Position numbers and translations under genes: made by a program. DNA of 64,000 bases from Macrostomum lignano. Lineage: Eukaryota. Positions 10,272 to 23,179 of this stretch are shown here, in pieces (within the stretch, counting starts at the first letter, position 1; each line of letters opens with the position of its first letter). The notes beneath the pieces were generated by a model. It was not told the DNA's origin. It saw only the letters and a program-made list of their open reading frames with translations, and made no database searches. Location: positions 372,001-436,000 of the forward strand of contig NIVC01000272.1 in NCBI GenBank assembly GCA_002269645.1, given 5' to 3'.

Positions 10272-11964
10272 TTAGCGGGGTCTAAGGTTATAGGGGTGGT
10301 TAGTTGGGGAAGTGTCCGTAGTTTGTGTTTCAGCGTGAGAAGTAGCAATATGTTTGGACGGTGTTTTTGTGTGTTTTTTTGTTGTTTAAGTTCGGTAGGA
10401 ACGTAGAGTCTGTGTTGATGCGTTTCAGTCGATGAATGTGCACGTAGAACTGCGGTTGATGTGGATCTTGGACATTGGCCAGTTTGGCTGTGGTTGCCGA
10501 AGTCAATGCTGATACACGAAATGGTCCTTTGTACTTTTGTGCGTGTTTATGCGTCTGTTGGGCTGGATAGTGCAAGTAGACCATATCTCCAACCTGTAGA
10601 GTAGATGCGTTGTTGGTTTTCGTTGCTGTTGCCGTCTGGTTGTCAAGATTGTGTTTGGCAATTTGCCAAGCCAGGTGTAGTCGCGTTGCAAAGGTCTGGA
10701 GTGTCGACGGTGTTTCCACGTACTGAGATGGTAGTAATTGTTTTGCTAGTAGGCTGGGCGGTTGAAAATCTCGAGCGAAAATTAATAAAAATGGCGTATT
10801 GTCCGTTTACCGATGTCCCGCGCTGTTGTATGCCATTGTTACCGCTTGCAAGTAGATGATCCAATCTTCTGGTTGCTTGTAGACATAGTGAGTCAGCATT
10901 TCATGTAAATTGCGGTGATATTTTTCTTCTAGGTTTGCCTTGTGATTGTAGGTGGCCGTAAAGATTTGTTGTATGTTGAGCAGTTTTGCAGCCTGTTGAA
11001 ATAGTTGTGAAGTGAACTGCGTTCCGTTGTCGGTGGTTAGAGTCTTGGGCGTTCCATACTTGCAGACAATCTCGTTGTAGAATGCCATAGCTACAGTTTC
11101 GGCGGTTATGTTCGGCAGTGGAATTGCTAGAGCAAATTTCGAGAAGACGTCGAGAGCGGTGAGGATGTATGTATAGTTGATCGAGTGTTGTCGTGCGGCA
11201 GGTAGTGGTCCTGTAATGTCGAGGGAGACTGTGTCCCATGTCGTTGTTTTAGGTACCGTTTGTAATTGTGGCTTTTGGCGTCGTCCTGTTTTGGCGGCTG
11301 CGAATGAGTGGCATTCGTAGCAATATTTGCTGATGTCTTTGGTCATTGTCGGCCAAAAGTAGAATTTTGCCACTCGTTCGATTGTCTTCTTAGCGGAAAG
11401 GTGTCCGGCTAATGGCATGTCGTGCAATTCTTGCAAGATAGCGGCTCGAAACAAATATGGCAGATAGAGTCGCGGAATATTGTCACAGATCCAATAAAGG
11501 ATTGCTTCTTTGAAGATTAGATTGTCGCTCTGTTTTTTAAGGAATTTTCTTTCTTGTTTTGTTAATTTTGCGTACGTGGCGTCGTCGTTGTTTTGTGCGG
11601 CTTTGTAGAAGTTGTCGTCTTGCTGTGCCGTAATCAGTTCTTGCATTTTCGGAATCGGATGGATAGCGTTGACTTCGTAGGCTCTGGAGAGCGCGTCTGC
11701 TGCTTTATTAAGAGGTCCTGGTTTATAGACTAGTTAAAAGTTGTAATTCTGAATTTAGAGTGTCATTCGGATGTGGCGGTTGTTAGTCTGTCTTTTCGTC
11801 TTGACAACGTGTGTCAGCGGTTCATGATCGGTCCTGACGATTGTCGGTAATGGAGAACCATAGATGTAGTAGTGAAACTGTCGTAGTGCGAACAGGACTC
11901 CAAGTAATTCTCTTTCTGTGGTGGACCATATGGTTTCATTTGGTCGTAGAGCTCGACTGATGTA
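10272..11964 (-). pseudogene. pol: Gypsy pol RNaseH-integrase segment, frameshifted, cut by the Polinton at 11964/11965
   Basis: ELHDMPLAGH...CYECH zinc finger, SLDITGPL, TDNGTQF, ends YNLRPR*; close relative of 51522-53768. Confidence 0.92.
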
Positions 11965-11979
11965 AGTAGTAATAGGAAA

Positions 11980-12235
11980 TTACACACAACCCCGAATTTT
12001 ACATTATAGAACAAATAGGAAGGTATCCGTCAAAATTTTCCTTACACACAACCCCGAATTTTGCATTATAGAACAAATAGGAAGGTATCCGTCATAAATT
12101 TCATTACACACAACCCAGATTTTTACATTACAAAACAAATAGGACAGTATCTGTCAGAAAATTTATTGAACACACAGCCCGATATGTTTTAAATAGAAAA
12201 CAAGTAGGACGCTATCCGTCTGTTTTCATTACACA
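11980..12235 (+). repeat. subterminal tandem repeat, ~63-bp unit, about 4 copies (about 2 in the right arm, ~27830-27950)
   Basis: TTACACACAACCCCGAATTTTACATTATAGAACAAATAGGA... repeats with progressive divergence. Confidence 0.85.
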
Positions 12236-12712
12236 TAATCTGTTTTGCAGTAGCCACATTCACTGTATACACACTTGCTGTTTAGAATTCTCGCTCATTC
12301 TCTCTAGTTATATCTTACACTCCGTGCTACCCATCTTCTACACACATCCCTCTCAGTCTAAATTGCCAAGAAAAAATCATATCAACAATTTGTGTGTACA
12401 GCCGACTGTACAATGCCCGAGCCCGCGAAGAGTCTTTCAAGGCACACACCCCCTCTCGCCCAAAAAGAGACCCTATGTACGTTGAAGTTGTACGGTGCTC
12501 TCCCCGCACGAAGAGAGGAACGACCCTCCCTCCCCCCAACCCACAGTGGCGCATAGGAATCAAAATAACCCACCCTTCGATTCGCGCAATGAGAAGCGTG
12601 CGCTAGCCAGCCTTAAAAGCGAAGTCTACTGCAACCGGTTTAGTTTAAGATAGCGAAGCCAAGTCAGTGCTCCGAATTCAACCCAGTGGCAAGAAATCTA
12701 CTTGTAAACACT

Positions 12713-13237
12713 ATGTCAAGTCAAATGCAGAAAATAGCCATTATATTAAATCGACAGTCTGAAGCACTGCAAAAGAATACTGAAGCTTTCGAAAAACTCC
12801 AAGAATCAGTGAGACAATTAGCCCAAGCTTCAAAAAACACACTCGAAACGCTAGAAGCAGAGCATCGTTCCTCGCAAATCCAAGTCTACAACAGTTCGGC
12901 TGCAATCGCCTCAATTAGCGAAGTTTTTCAACGAATATCGAAAGTGTCCAACGCGCAAAGCGCCAGCTTTGGTTTTCTCGCGCTAATTCTTGTGCTCCTG
13001 TTGGCTAGCACTGCCGTATACTGTCTCTGCAAACGCGGCTACAAGCAAAAGTTGATGCGCACTATTTCGCGTCCGCATCATGACAATACTCAAGCCACAC
13101 AAACGATCCCAAGGGCCAACACCGAAATATCCGTTTGGTGCACACCGATTCGCTCTCCTACTGTTCGATTCTCGACACCCCGCTCGTCGTCTCTACCAAC
13201 GTTTCCACAGGGCTCTGATGTCGGTCTAATCGTGTAA
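12713..13237 (+). CDS. coiled-coil plus single transmembrane protein of unknown function
   Basis: Heptad-like N-terminal region, hydrophobic FGFLALILVLLLASTAVYCLC, then basic KRGYKQK; identical protein in the right arm despite synonymous differences. Confidence 0.65.
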   Translation: MSSQMQKIAIILNRQSEALQKNTEAFEKLQESVRQLAQASKNTLETLEAEHRSSQIQVYNSSAAIASISEVFQRISKVSNAQSASFGFLALILVLLLASTAVYCLCKRGYKQKLMRTISRPHHDNTQATQTIPRANTEISVWCTPIRSPTVRFSTPRSSSLPTFPQGSDVGLIV

Positions 13238-14457
13238 TCGCAGAGCAGTACGATGGGCTTATTTTTTTAACTATAACGACCCGATTTTTACTGTTCTAAC
13301 AGTGGCTAGCGTAGCAGTTCCAATCATAACAAATATATTTCTCATGTTTAACCGTGGCCTGCTTAATAATCTATAATTTTTATTGACTGCAATGACGCAA
13401 TACGCTTCAACAGGTGGTAATATTTTGTAATGCTTTCTCTAGCCTACGAATTAAGCACAACGACCAATATTTTCAGTATTGTTATATGAAGAAACCCGTG
13501 CAGCTTATATATAATTCACTTATTTAGTTTACCGTGTTTTATACGATTAAAACCATGCAGCTTATAATTGACATTTTTTAATTTCACCAACACGTAAATT
13601 ATTATTGGTTGCGTATAGCAAACCGATAACAAGGTTCTCGACAATTTTTACCTCAATTTCGTTGGAAGAATTTTCTCAAGTTAAAGAAAGGAGATTGCAA
13701 GCATTTTCATTAGAACGACATGTTTCGCCTAACTTTAGGCATCATCGGGCAGATTGGAATTTATTTTATTTAAGTCAAAACGTAGAGTATAAATACATTT
13801 TAGTGGCAGATAGTCCAATCTGCCAATCTGAAGTTAACTCCGAGTGAACGTTTACTTTGAAATAAACGACGAACTAGTTTGTTGTATATTTGCACCACAC
13901 AAGTTTTTTTTCACTAAATCATCGAAAAAAGGATTCCTGTGTTAGAAGAATAGTTGTCTTCACGTGCCTTCAGGATGCCGAGCAACAAGCCACTCTGCCC
14001 GGTCCGGTATAGCTGGCGCGTACGGCCCACGAATTGTCTCCGAATTTGAGCTGCTCTGAGCAGCCGAATCTGAGAAGTTGGTTCAAAGATAAAGCGCAGA
14101 TTTAGCGGCATAATGGGAATTAAGATGCTAGACAGAGGCTTTACTCACCACTCTCTCCAGTAGACGCGCTCGCTCGCCTTGTCGGTTTTTCAGCAATTTG
14201 TGTGAGACAGGAGGAATTTAAGGAATCGCCAGTTTGGCCTTGTTTAAGTTGCCTAGGATGATAATATTTATTTTTCATCAAGATTGTAGGAAACAAGATT
14301 GGAACTAAAAAAACACCTTCTCTTCAACTATCTGCAAGGTATGATTTTGTTGGCATATACGAATTCCGCCACTAATTACACGCAGCTGACTACGTACATG
14401 AAAATGTAATACATAAGAAATAGAGTCAATGAATGCATATACATGTAAAACTGTTAC

Positions 14458-14902
14458 TATGAAAGGTCCCAAAACTCCGTCTCGCTAATGACGGCACCGT
14501 TCCTCTTCACGATTATGTTGTATCTGGCGTCCCTCAACACCTCGATCGCTACGTTCAGATCATTTTCACACATAACGCGGAATGTTGGCGAGCGGTAACC
14601 GGGAGGCAGTCGGTACCCAGGGGGTGGATGGTTGAATACCCCGTTTTTGAAGGCTGCAAGGTTCGATTGAAGAGTTGTTAACCACTACTCAATTAAGTTT
14701 ATGCAAAATATAAATTTTTACCGCTTACCTTCTTTGATGTACCGCTCGATAAGTTCCTTACGTCTTGATTCCTTGTCCATCGCGACGATTCAACAGCCCG
14801 TAGTAAAAGTAAGTTGTCAATGAGCTCGATCGAATGAAGGACAGACTTGTAGACCTTGGAGTTTTTATTAACATATATACCATATATACATGGCTCTCTC
14901 AT
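14458..14902 (-). CDS. hypothetical protein segment(s), probably spliced
   Basis: Stop-free frame by my translation of ~14458-14690: FKNGVFNHPPPGYRLPPGYRSPTFRVMCENDLNVAIEVLRDARYNIIVKRNGAVISETEFWDLS*; upstream ORF 14699-14902. Confidence 0.3.
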
Positions 14903-15465
14903 TAAGGAGAAACACCCAGCTAATTATGCAGGCAATCAACCACATTATTTATGTTCACTTGATGCCTGACTTAATTAAAGGTTCTTACGAAAAACGAATT
15001 GATTGCATAAAGAATGATTCCATAAATTGGCTTCCATAAATTAGGATTAATTACAGGTTCTCATGAGCAGTGATAAACAAAAGCATTGGTTTAATTAAAA
15101 CAACTTTTCTGAAGTTAAGCAGCTTATGTAGATTTGGACGCATGCAACCGAGCGAATCTGATGGTCGCTCTTAGATTCTGCTGTTGTTGCCATGGTGTTA
15201 CCATGGTATCCGTCCAGTCAATTAACTTAGCTTCCGGTGATATTGACACTTTCAACGCCGCCTATATGCAGGTGGTGACCGCATGATTCCCAGAGCTGTT
15301 TCAATCAGACTACTGATGAGGTGGGAATGCAGTCCCACCCCAACAAAATTTTCTATAAAAGAAAGCAGATTTTTTAGTCGAAAACCCAGGGAGCAAGAAC
15401 TACTGGACCGACCTCGAGACGACGACCTGTCGACCTCGGAACAGCAATGACAACGTTTCTCTCTG

Positions 15466-16601
15466 ATGCGGTTCTCACACAAGAAGATAGATCTGACGAA
15501 CGGAGCAAGAATCCATATTGGTGACGAGACAACCAACGGTGAATGTTTTTTTCGATCGGTGTCTTGGTCGCGACCAGGAGAGAAAAGACGCTACCCGGTG
15601 GTCCTTCAGACGAAGGACCAGATCGAACTGCTGAAGGGTCTTCATGAGAGGGGCAGCGTGTCGGATCATTCAACCTCACCCAACGCCGAACCTCGAGACG
15701 AAGTCGCCCTGCCTATTTTCGCAGAAGATTTTTGCAAAACTCTGTTCGACCTTTTGAGGTAGATTGCGTTTTTGTTAAATGTCTATGTACTGTAATATAT
15801 ACTTTTGCCATTTAAAAAAGTTGCCAAACTATTTTCTGCTGCAGATCGGTGGAGCGCATAATCGAGATTGAGCTGGAGGCCAAGTCAGTCTGCAAGATAC
15901 TGTTTCGCGCAACGAAACAGCCATGTCGCCACGCGACGGAAGGGTCTTCTGCAGACTACAACCCGGTGCAGTGGGTACCGCTTAAGGCCGCGTACGCTTG
16001 CCTCGGCTTTCGAATGAACGACCCTGCGCATCCGGACGGTGTGGAAGCCGCGCCGAGCGAATTTAAGGGGGTCTCAGGCCGTTACCACCTATCCATTCAG
16101 GCGACGTCCCTGTTTCGACCGCGGATTGCGACCGGCTGGAAGCTCTCCTTCGCTTTACGATCTATCGTACTAATGGACAGGAACCCAAGCAACCTAAATC
16201 TGTTTGCTGGACTCCGCCGACAGCTAGCCAAGAATCCGACCAAGCTAAAGCGCAAACTATCCACTGGGTCGGGAGAAGAGGAAGAGCAACCTGGGAAGAA
16301 GAAGTCCCAGACTTCGTTGGGGAGACAGCAAGCCAAGAAACCAGCTGCACCCCGTCGCTCTTCTGGCACTAAGAAGCAACAACAAAAGAAGGAGCATGAG
16401 CAGCACGACAGGTTGGACGCGGCTGAGCCGGTCCCTCCGGTCAAGGTTCTGGTGAGCCCTCCGCAAACCACTGCTGCTTCTTCTTCGGGCTTAGTTGACG
16501 GAAACCGGGTACCGTCAAAGGACCTAGCCTATCAGCGCTACCTGGCTGCAAACGCCGCGGAGCACTCATCTAGTGAATCGGGCGAGTCGGAGGCTGAATG
16601 A
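15466..16601 (+). CDS. two-exon hypothetical protein (exons to 15758 and 15845-16601), beta-rich core plus basic/acidic tail; possibly ssDNA-binding
   Basis: AG|GTAGAT donor at 15759 and TTTTCTGCTGCAG acceptor at 15844 join the 98-aa and 250-aa ORFs in frame across an AT-rich 86-nt intron; tail rich in K/Q/E/S. Confidence 0.6.
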
Positions 16602-16923
16602 TTAGAAACGTTTAAAATTTAAAATTGATTTACAAATGATTTCGATATATACCCGATTCTAAACTCGATAATATATTATAATACTAATTCCACAGACCAA
16701 ATCAGAGTTAAAAAATATTTTAAAAGTCGCACTAATTAATTTTGTTGTATCAGTTTTTTCTTGGTTTCAATAGTAAAAAAATGCATTAACCACCTGGCTT
16801 CCGCCAAGAGCACATCTATATCGGCGGCGTACTATTGTTTTGTGCCTTTTTTCCTTCTTTCAGCGAGTGGTGCTACTTATTTTTTCTGCAAGTCTGAAAC
16901 TTTTTACTGGAGAAAAACTGAGC

Positions 16924-17430
16924 ATGGAAGACATTGCGGCGGTGCTAGCGCTTAAAGCTTGCCCATGCAAAGTCTTTAATGCAAAGCCTACAATGTGCAA
17001 ATTCAAATTTGCACAATCGAAAATTCAGATATATCCTAACGGAAAGCTGACTATTTTTTGTAGTAGCATGAATACAGACATTAATTTAATTCTGCAATTT
17101 GTTAACGAACTTACGACTTACAAGGTAGATTTTGATTCTGTTCATGTTCAAAGCTCTACGTTGGTTGGCCAAGTCGAGTTTCCCGGTCAAAACATCTTTC
17201 ACTATTCAAAAATGGGTGTTGGAAAGTATAAAGACTTTAGCGTTAGCTACGATGCAGAAGTGTTTCCGCAGGCCATCAGTTTGAGACATTCGACAATCCC
17301 AAGACTATTCTGTAATATTTTTTGCACAGCAAAAATTGTTGCAATGGGAGCAACGAACCGTACGGAAGCAAATGTTATAATTAGTTGCGTGAAAACATTT
17401 TTGAACACAGTGTTTCAAACCGCAAAATTT
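16924..17430 (+). CDS. TATA-binding-protein (TBP)-like protein
   Basis: Two TBP-like repeats: KFKFAQSKIQIYPNGKLTIFC...VHVQSSTLVGQVEFP and SYDAEVFPQAISLRHSTIPRLFCNIFCTAKIVAMGAT (compare YEPELFPGLIYR...LLIFVSGKVVLTGAK). The frame stays open to 17838, overlapping the kinase. Confidence 0.72.
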
Positions 17431-17446
17431 GCAAATTATTCCAGCC

Positions 17447-18109
17447 ATGTCCAAGCAAATATTTGTGTTGGAAGGCCTCCCAGGATCGGGGAAGTCGACT
17501 GTTTTGCGCGAGTTGGCCCTGAGTTCACGACTGGAGAGATGGGAACGTCGGGTTCTATGGGCTCCGGAACCTGTCCAGGAATACAGCAGGCACCAGAGTC
17601 TAGAGGTGGAGATAAACCCACTAGAAGAGTTTTATCGTGGATTGCTATCTGCGATCGGGTTTCAAGTCCATGTGAACCACTGCCTGTTTCGGCGGGACAA
17701 GCAAATGAAACAGCGGTTGCTAGAGGGCGATCGGTACGACAGCCTGGTGATGGAGAGAGTGCTAGCTTCGAGTCATTCGTTCACGAGCGCTCTGGCGGAG
17801 ACGGGTCGCATCACGGTTCTGGAGAAGGCGATCTGTAATGCACAGATAGAGGCGCTGCAAGTGATACAGCCAAGCGAAGTCACGTTGATATATATGAACA
17901 AAGAACCCAGCTTGGCGTTGGAACGAGTTCGCCAACGCAATCGCACAGGAGAATCGGAGCTCCACCTCAACTACCTCCAACAGTTGGATAAAGCCATGCG
18001 TGAAAACTTCTTCCGATACCACCAGGTTCATCAGGTGTTAGTCAGAGCCGGTACAATGCCGAGTGATTTGGCTCGCCTTCTCGGACGCATTATCCAGGGC
18101 AGGGTTTAG
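17447..18109 (+). CDS. deoxynucleoside kinase family protein
   Basis: IFVLEGLPGSGKST P-loop, PEPV, VMER, IYMNKEPSLALERVRQRNRTGE lid motif, YLQQL. Confidence 0.88.
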   Translation: MSKQIFVLEGLPGSGKSTVLRELALSSRLERWERRVLWAPEPVQEYSRHQSLEVEINPLEEFYRGLLSAIGFQVHVNHCLFRRDKQMKQRLLEGDRYDSLVMERVLASSHSFTSALAETGRITVLEKAICNAQIEALQVIQPSEVTLIYMNKEPSLALERVRQRNRTGESELHLNYLQQLDKAMRENFFRYHQVHQVLVRAGTMPSDLARLLGRIIQGRV

Positions 18110-18419
18110 TCTAAAAAACTGTATTCCGATCGATATCGTGAGCCATATCTGATTTAATCATACAAAAAACATTATTAAGTATGAATCATTTGATTTAATT
18201 CAAACCTAATCTGATATAATAATTCAAATACAATATCTGAATGCAAATAAAAACACTGATTCTATTCTAATCCCTACCGTTTGCTTTTTTTTATTTCTAC
18301 ACAGTCATCGTGCAGGCCAAAAGTTTAGATACTAACTAACTACAAAGGCGCATATTGCACAGCAACAGCAAAATACGCGTTACCGCTCCGCCACTCACCC
18401 CCAAGTTTAGATACTACTT

Positions 18420-21400
18420 TTGTCTTTTTGTATGTTGGGGTTACTAGTAGTAAAATATGCCTCTAGCAGATTATGCAGTAGATTTGCTCAAAAATATGTA
18501 ATTCAACAACAAAAACCTCCCCACCACATCAATTTCCAGCCCATTGTACGCTGCGTGATTTGCAAGCGCGCGTTTCGCAGCAGGGCGGAGCTGCACGTTC
18601 ATGCACACCAGTTCTGCTTTACCCCTAAAAAGTTGCTGGATGAACCAGTGCGGCAGTTGACTGAGAACCCGCCGCCCGGCTGGTCAATTGACTTACGCGA
18701 GTCGGCACATCGAGGTCGTGTCAACTATCTAGTGTTTGTGCCCCACACCGCAGGCGAAGACGACGATGAGCGACTATTGCCCGGCAATGCAATGGCCCAA
18801 CTACGCACTTCGATATATCGCCTTTTTACCCGGCTGGCCTCGCCTCTACTACTAATGCGAACATGCATACATTTGAGAGTGAAAATGTTTCGATCAAGAA
18901 CAACTAACAACGATGACGATGACAACAATGAAATGCTGGAGAATATCTCTGTTTATTTCAACACTAACGTTGCAACGATCCGGTCTGACGAAAGCGACAG
19001 TGGTGGGTTGCTGCTCTCGCGCGATGCCTTCAACGAATGGTTCGAATCGGTTGTCACAGAATTGGTGAGCAAATTGGAAAATTTTACTGCCCGAGGTTCA
19101 AATTGGCAGTATGGTGGAATCGAACAACTGGACTTGATGCTGTGCATCTATCGTAAAGGGAGTGTTCGACCGACGAGAGCGAGTAGTAGTGCTAGCACTG
19201 CTCAGAACAACACCAGCGACCAGACGGCGCCGTCTGGTCACAGGCGTCGTACAACCACCCTACGTGGCAGCGGCGGCGGCGGCGGTGGCGGTGGCGGTCC
19301 ATTCAAAGTGCCGATTTCGCTTCGGCGCAAACGAGATGCAGTAATCTACTCTAAGCCACACAACGCTAACCAAACCGACTGTTTTCGGTATTCAATATTG
19401 GCAAGCATCTTTTATGAAAAGGTTGCCAAACCTACCTCAAAAAAAGCTACGCCCCATGGCTGATGATGGTGTTGTTCGGTAGTAGGGTTGGTCCGGCTCG
19501 ACATACAGCTGGTTCGTACAGGAAGTTCTGTCGTCGAAACCCGCATATCAGCTTGCGCATATTTGTCTGGGATCACGAAAGCAAGACTGGTGTTCTCTAC
19601 TTTTCATTGCGTAACAGGGAGGAGAAGCATTTAGCCAATTGTTTGTTCATTCCTCCGTACGGTGAGCACAATTTGGGGCACTACATACCCGTCCGAAATG
19701 TGAATTCGCTGCTGAGCACGAGAAATAAACGGAGGCGCTACTGCCCCGACTGCTTGGTCGGGTTTTCCCACACCGTTCCGTGGGACTACATTTTGAAGCA
19801 GCACAATTGTCAGGGAGGAACTATGGACCAACCGACAGTCCAGTGGGCCTCGTCAGACCAAAAACAATTTCGTGTGAGCCGATGCGCGCCAGTAGAATCG
19901 CTACCAAAACCCTCTGATGCAATTCTTGAGTTTACTGCACACGAGGCTCGATTGCCTCCGTTGTATATCATTTATGCTGATATCGAGAGCGTTCTGGCGC
20001 CGCCCGAGACCGTTGCTGAAGTCAACAAGCCGCGAGTTGCAAGTTCGAATATGCGGATTCGAGATATTCACGTTCCTTTATGTGTAGCCTATCGATTGGT
20101 AGTTTGCCCAGAACTTGACAAAATTTCGGCTGCGCGATTGCAAGCCAAAGTTGGTCAACAGCGACCATGCAATGTGTTCTACAATAATCCAGACGGCGGT
20201 CCTAATTGCATCCGCCAGTTTTTGTTGGCTCTTCGCCAGTTGGCTACGGATATTTGTTGCGAGACCGAAACTTCTGGAGCCACGTTTACTCCTTTGTTGC
20301 GCAAGTACTCACCTCTACCACCAAATAACCGAACGAGATTAGAATATTGTCAGTTGTGTCATCGGGCATTTGCTCCTGATGAGCGCCAGGTTTTGGATCA
20401 TTGCCATTTAAGTGGGATACCTAGAGGTATTGTATTTTTTTCGTGTAATCGGAAACTTTCTCTGAAACGATACCGGCTTCTTGTCTATACGCACTGCCTG
20501 AGCAACTATGACGGCAAATTTTTCGTTATAGAATTGTACGAATATTTTTCTGGAAACGATGTACAGCTTCACGTGCTTCCCGAAACCAGAGAGAAATTTA
20601 AAACTTTTTCAGTAAAGTTTAAGATACCACTGCGTGCTTCTTGGCGCCAGCAGAAGCGAGATTATGTATGGTTTGAAGTATGCTTCAAGGACACTTTTGC
20701 CTATCTGTCTACCAGTCTGGCGGTATTGGCTCAACGTCTCTTGCCAGAGCAGCTGGTTCACACGCGCGAGTTGCTCGAGGTGTATCCACAACTGCAGCCG
20801 GCTACGCTCCAACAAAAAGCCGTCTATCCATATCAATTCTTATCCGATGAAGAGTTACTCGATTCTTTTAAGCAGCTCCCACCAAAAGAGGCTTTCTACG
20901 ATAGCGTCACTATGCAGCACTGTTCCGATGAAAACTACGCTCGAGCTCAACGAGCCTGGTTAGAATTCAGTTGCAAGAGTTTGCGCGACTACACCACCGC
21001 CTATTTGCTGTTGGATGTGTTGCTTTTGTGTGATGTGTTTGAGACCTTTCGAAAGACAGCAATGCAAGAGTATGGAATTGACCCGGCGAATTTTCTTGGC
21101 TCGCCCATGTACAGTATGGCGGCTTGCTTGCTTCGTTTGGAGTCACCGATTCATTTGTTTACAGATTCTAAAATGTATTCAGAAGTAGAATCCTCAATTC
21201 GTGGAGGATTTAGTTTTGGAACCCTACATATTACGACCGCCAACAATAAACTTGTAAGAAAGTATCGCAACCAGTTGAATCAGGAGGAGCCTCAATATTC
21301 CACGCTGCGGGACAATGCACCCGATGAAACTTATTTGGTTTATTTGGACGCTAATTCTCTGTATGCTTCTTGCATGATTGAACCGATGCCGTGTAGCGAC

Positions 21401-22827
21401 TTTCGCTGGCTTACTAGGCAAGAGATTGCTCAAATCCCATGTGACAGCGATCTTCTTGAGACTCTGCATGTTAAAAGTTGCATGCTTGACTGGCTGACTA
21501 GTTTTTGCTGCAATGAGCGTGGAGCTCTGTTCAATGTAGACCTTTACTATCCACGATTTTTGCATGACTCGACCGCCGATCTTCCACTAGCTGTCGGGCA
21601 CGAGACGTTAACGGGCTCTCAGCTTACCCAACAGATGAAAGACGATTGGGTTTACCTGCAACGCCAACTGAATCCGGAACGCTATGCCAATGCTACAAGC
21701 TACGAAGATGTTAAACCTTTCAAGAGCTCGACAAAAAAGCTTGTCGGTTCGGTGGACCACAAGCGCAACTACGTGGTTCATCATCGTGCTTTGCGTCTCT
21801 ACTTAGAGTTGGGGTTGCGAGTCACCCGCGTACATCGAGTCATTGCTTTCGATGAGAAACCCATTCTGCGTCAATACATTAATCACAATATTGCGCGCCG
21901 GGTGGCTGCGAAGACAGAGTTTGAAAAAGACTTTTTCAAACTTTTAAACAATGCACTTTTTGGAAAGTTCCTTTAACGCGTTCGAGATCGGGTGTCGTAT
22001 CGAATGTGTTCTTCAGCGGAAAAGTTGGAGGCCTACATAGGCCGAGAAGAATTTTTGGGCGTGACAATATACACCGAGAGTTTGGCTGGTGTCAGCCTGT
22101 CTCCTCAACGAGTAGTGCTTAACAAAGCAATCATTATTGGTGCAACGATTTTGGATATTGCTAAAACGATTGTGTACGAATTTTATTATCAACACGTGCA
22201 GTTGAGTAAACCGCAGCTGTTCGTGTTGGAGAGCAAATGATGACCTTAAATATTCACCGTTTTCTCGTTGAATCTATATTCCAGGTGCATCGATCGCTTG
22301 CACGTGCTCGCGTACTCGGAGGTGATACAGACTCTCTAATGATGGCGTTGGTAATGCGAAACGCTTTTGAGACGCCATACGAGACGCTATTCAAGGACTT
22401 GGCCGCACAGGGGCTCTTGGATACTAGTAACTACCCACCAACCCACGAGCTCTATTCTCTTGCTCACAAGGGAAGATTGCTGGCCTGGAAAGACGAGTTC
22501 GGTGGTCGACTGGCGTTAGAATTTGTTTTTCTCCGTCCAAAGAACTACTCTTTTTTGCATTGCAATGACGAGGGAGCAGTTCGGCAGCTGTCTCGATCTA
22601 AGGGAGTGTGCAGAAGTGTTGGTCGTAGTCTGAAGCATAATGTTTTTTTGCATGTACTAATCGAGCGGCGTTTGCACTACGTAACCATGCAAACAATTAC
22701 GTCGCGCAAGCAGCTTGTGTTTTCGATGAGTCAGTACAAGCAGGCACTAGGCTACTTCGACACAAAGCGAGCCTGGACCAGTGATTTGGTCTCACTACCT
22801 TTTGGTCACTGGCGTCTTGATGATTAA
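18420..22827 (+). pseudogene. polB: protein-primed DNA polymerase B (Polinton type) with N-terminal C2H2 finger; frameshift ~19460, premature stop at 21974, probable intron 22196-22284
   Basis: CVIC...HVHAH, FTARGSNW, YADIES, DHCHLSG, HCLSNYD, FKDTFAYL, KAVYPY, YLDANSLY, KLLNNALFGK, DTDS, WKDE, LRPKNYS, SKGV, LPFGH. Confidence 0.95.
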
Positions 22828-23179
22828 TCAATTTATTGACTTGCTGCTACTTTGTAGACTAAGAATGATCTAATCCTAATATACGAGCTACGTTTCTGAT
22901 TAAATATTATCGTTTTATTCTATCTGCATAATTATCGTTTTATTCTATCTGCATAAATGTTGTCAAACTTGAGATTTCACTCATTTGGGAATTTAGGGTG
23001 TAAGCAAAGTAATATTTGCTAGGTACTTAGCACAAAAAATGTGGAATACGTACGCATTGAAACCATTAGTATTCGTCGATATTGAAGAAGAAGAAGCGTT
23101 TGATTTTGGGTATAAGCAACCATCTCTGCTAGAAGGTGGTGACTACAAAGAGACCTCTGTTTCACAAATTTCAGCCACA

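Larger units (their letters stand above)
11965..16468 (+). repeat. left arm of the long inverted repeat (pairs with 24865-27965)
   Basis: ORFs mirrored on opposite strands (12686-13237/26817-27368; 15466-15762/25571-25867; 15849-/-25484); similarity ends at ...CCGCAAAC (16468). Confidence 0.95.

Noticed and set aside
17430-17838. TBP-kinase fusion or long TBP C-terminal extension
   Set aside because: The extension is an alternative frame of the kinase gene with no motifs; probably a lost stop or chance open frame.
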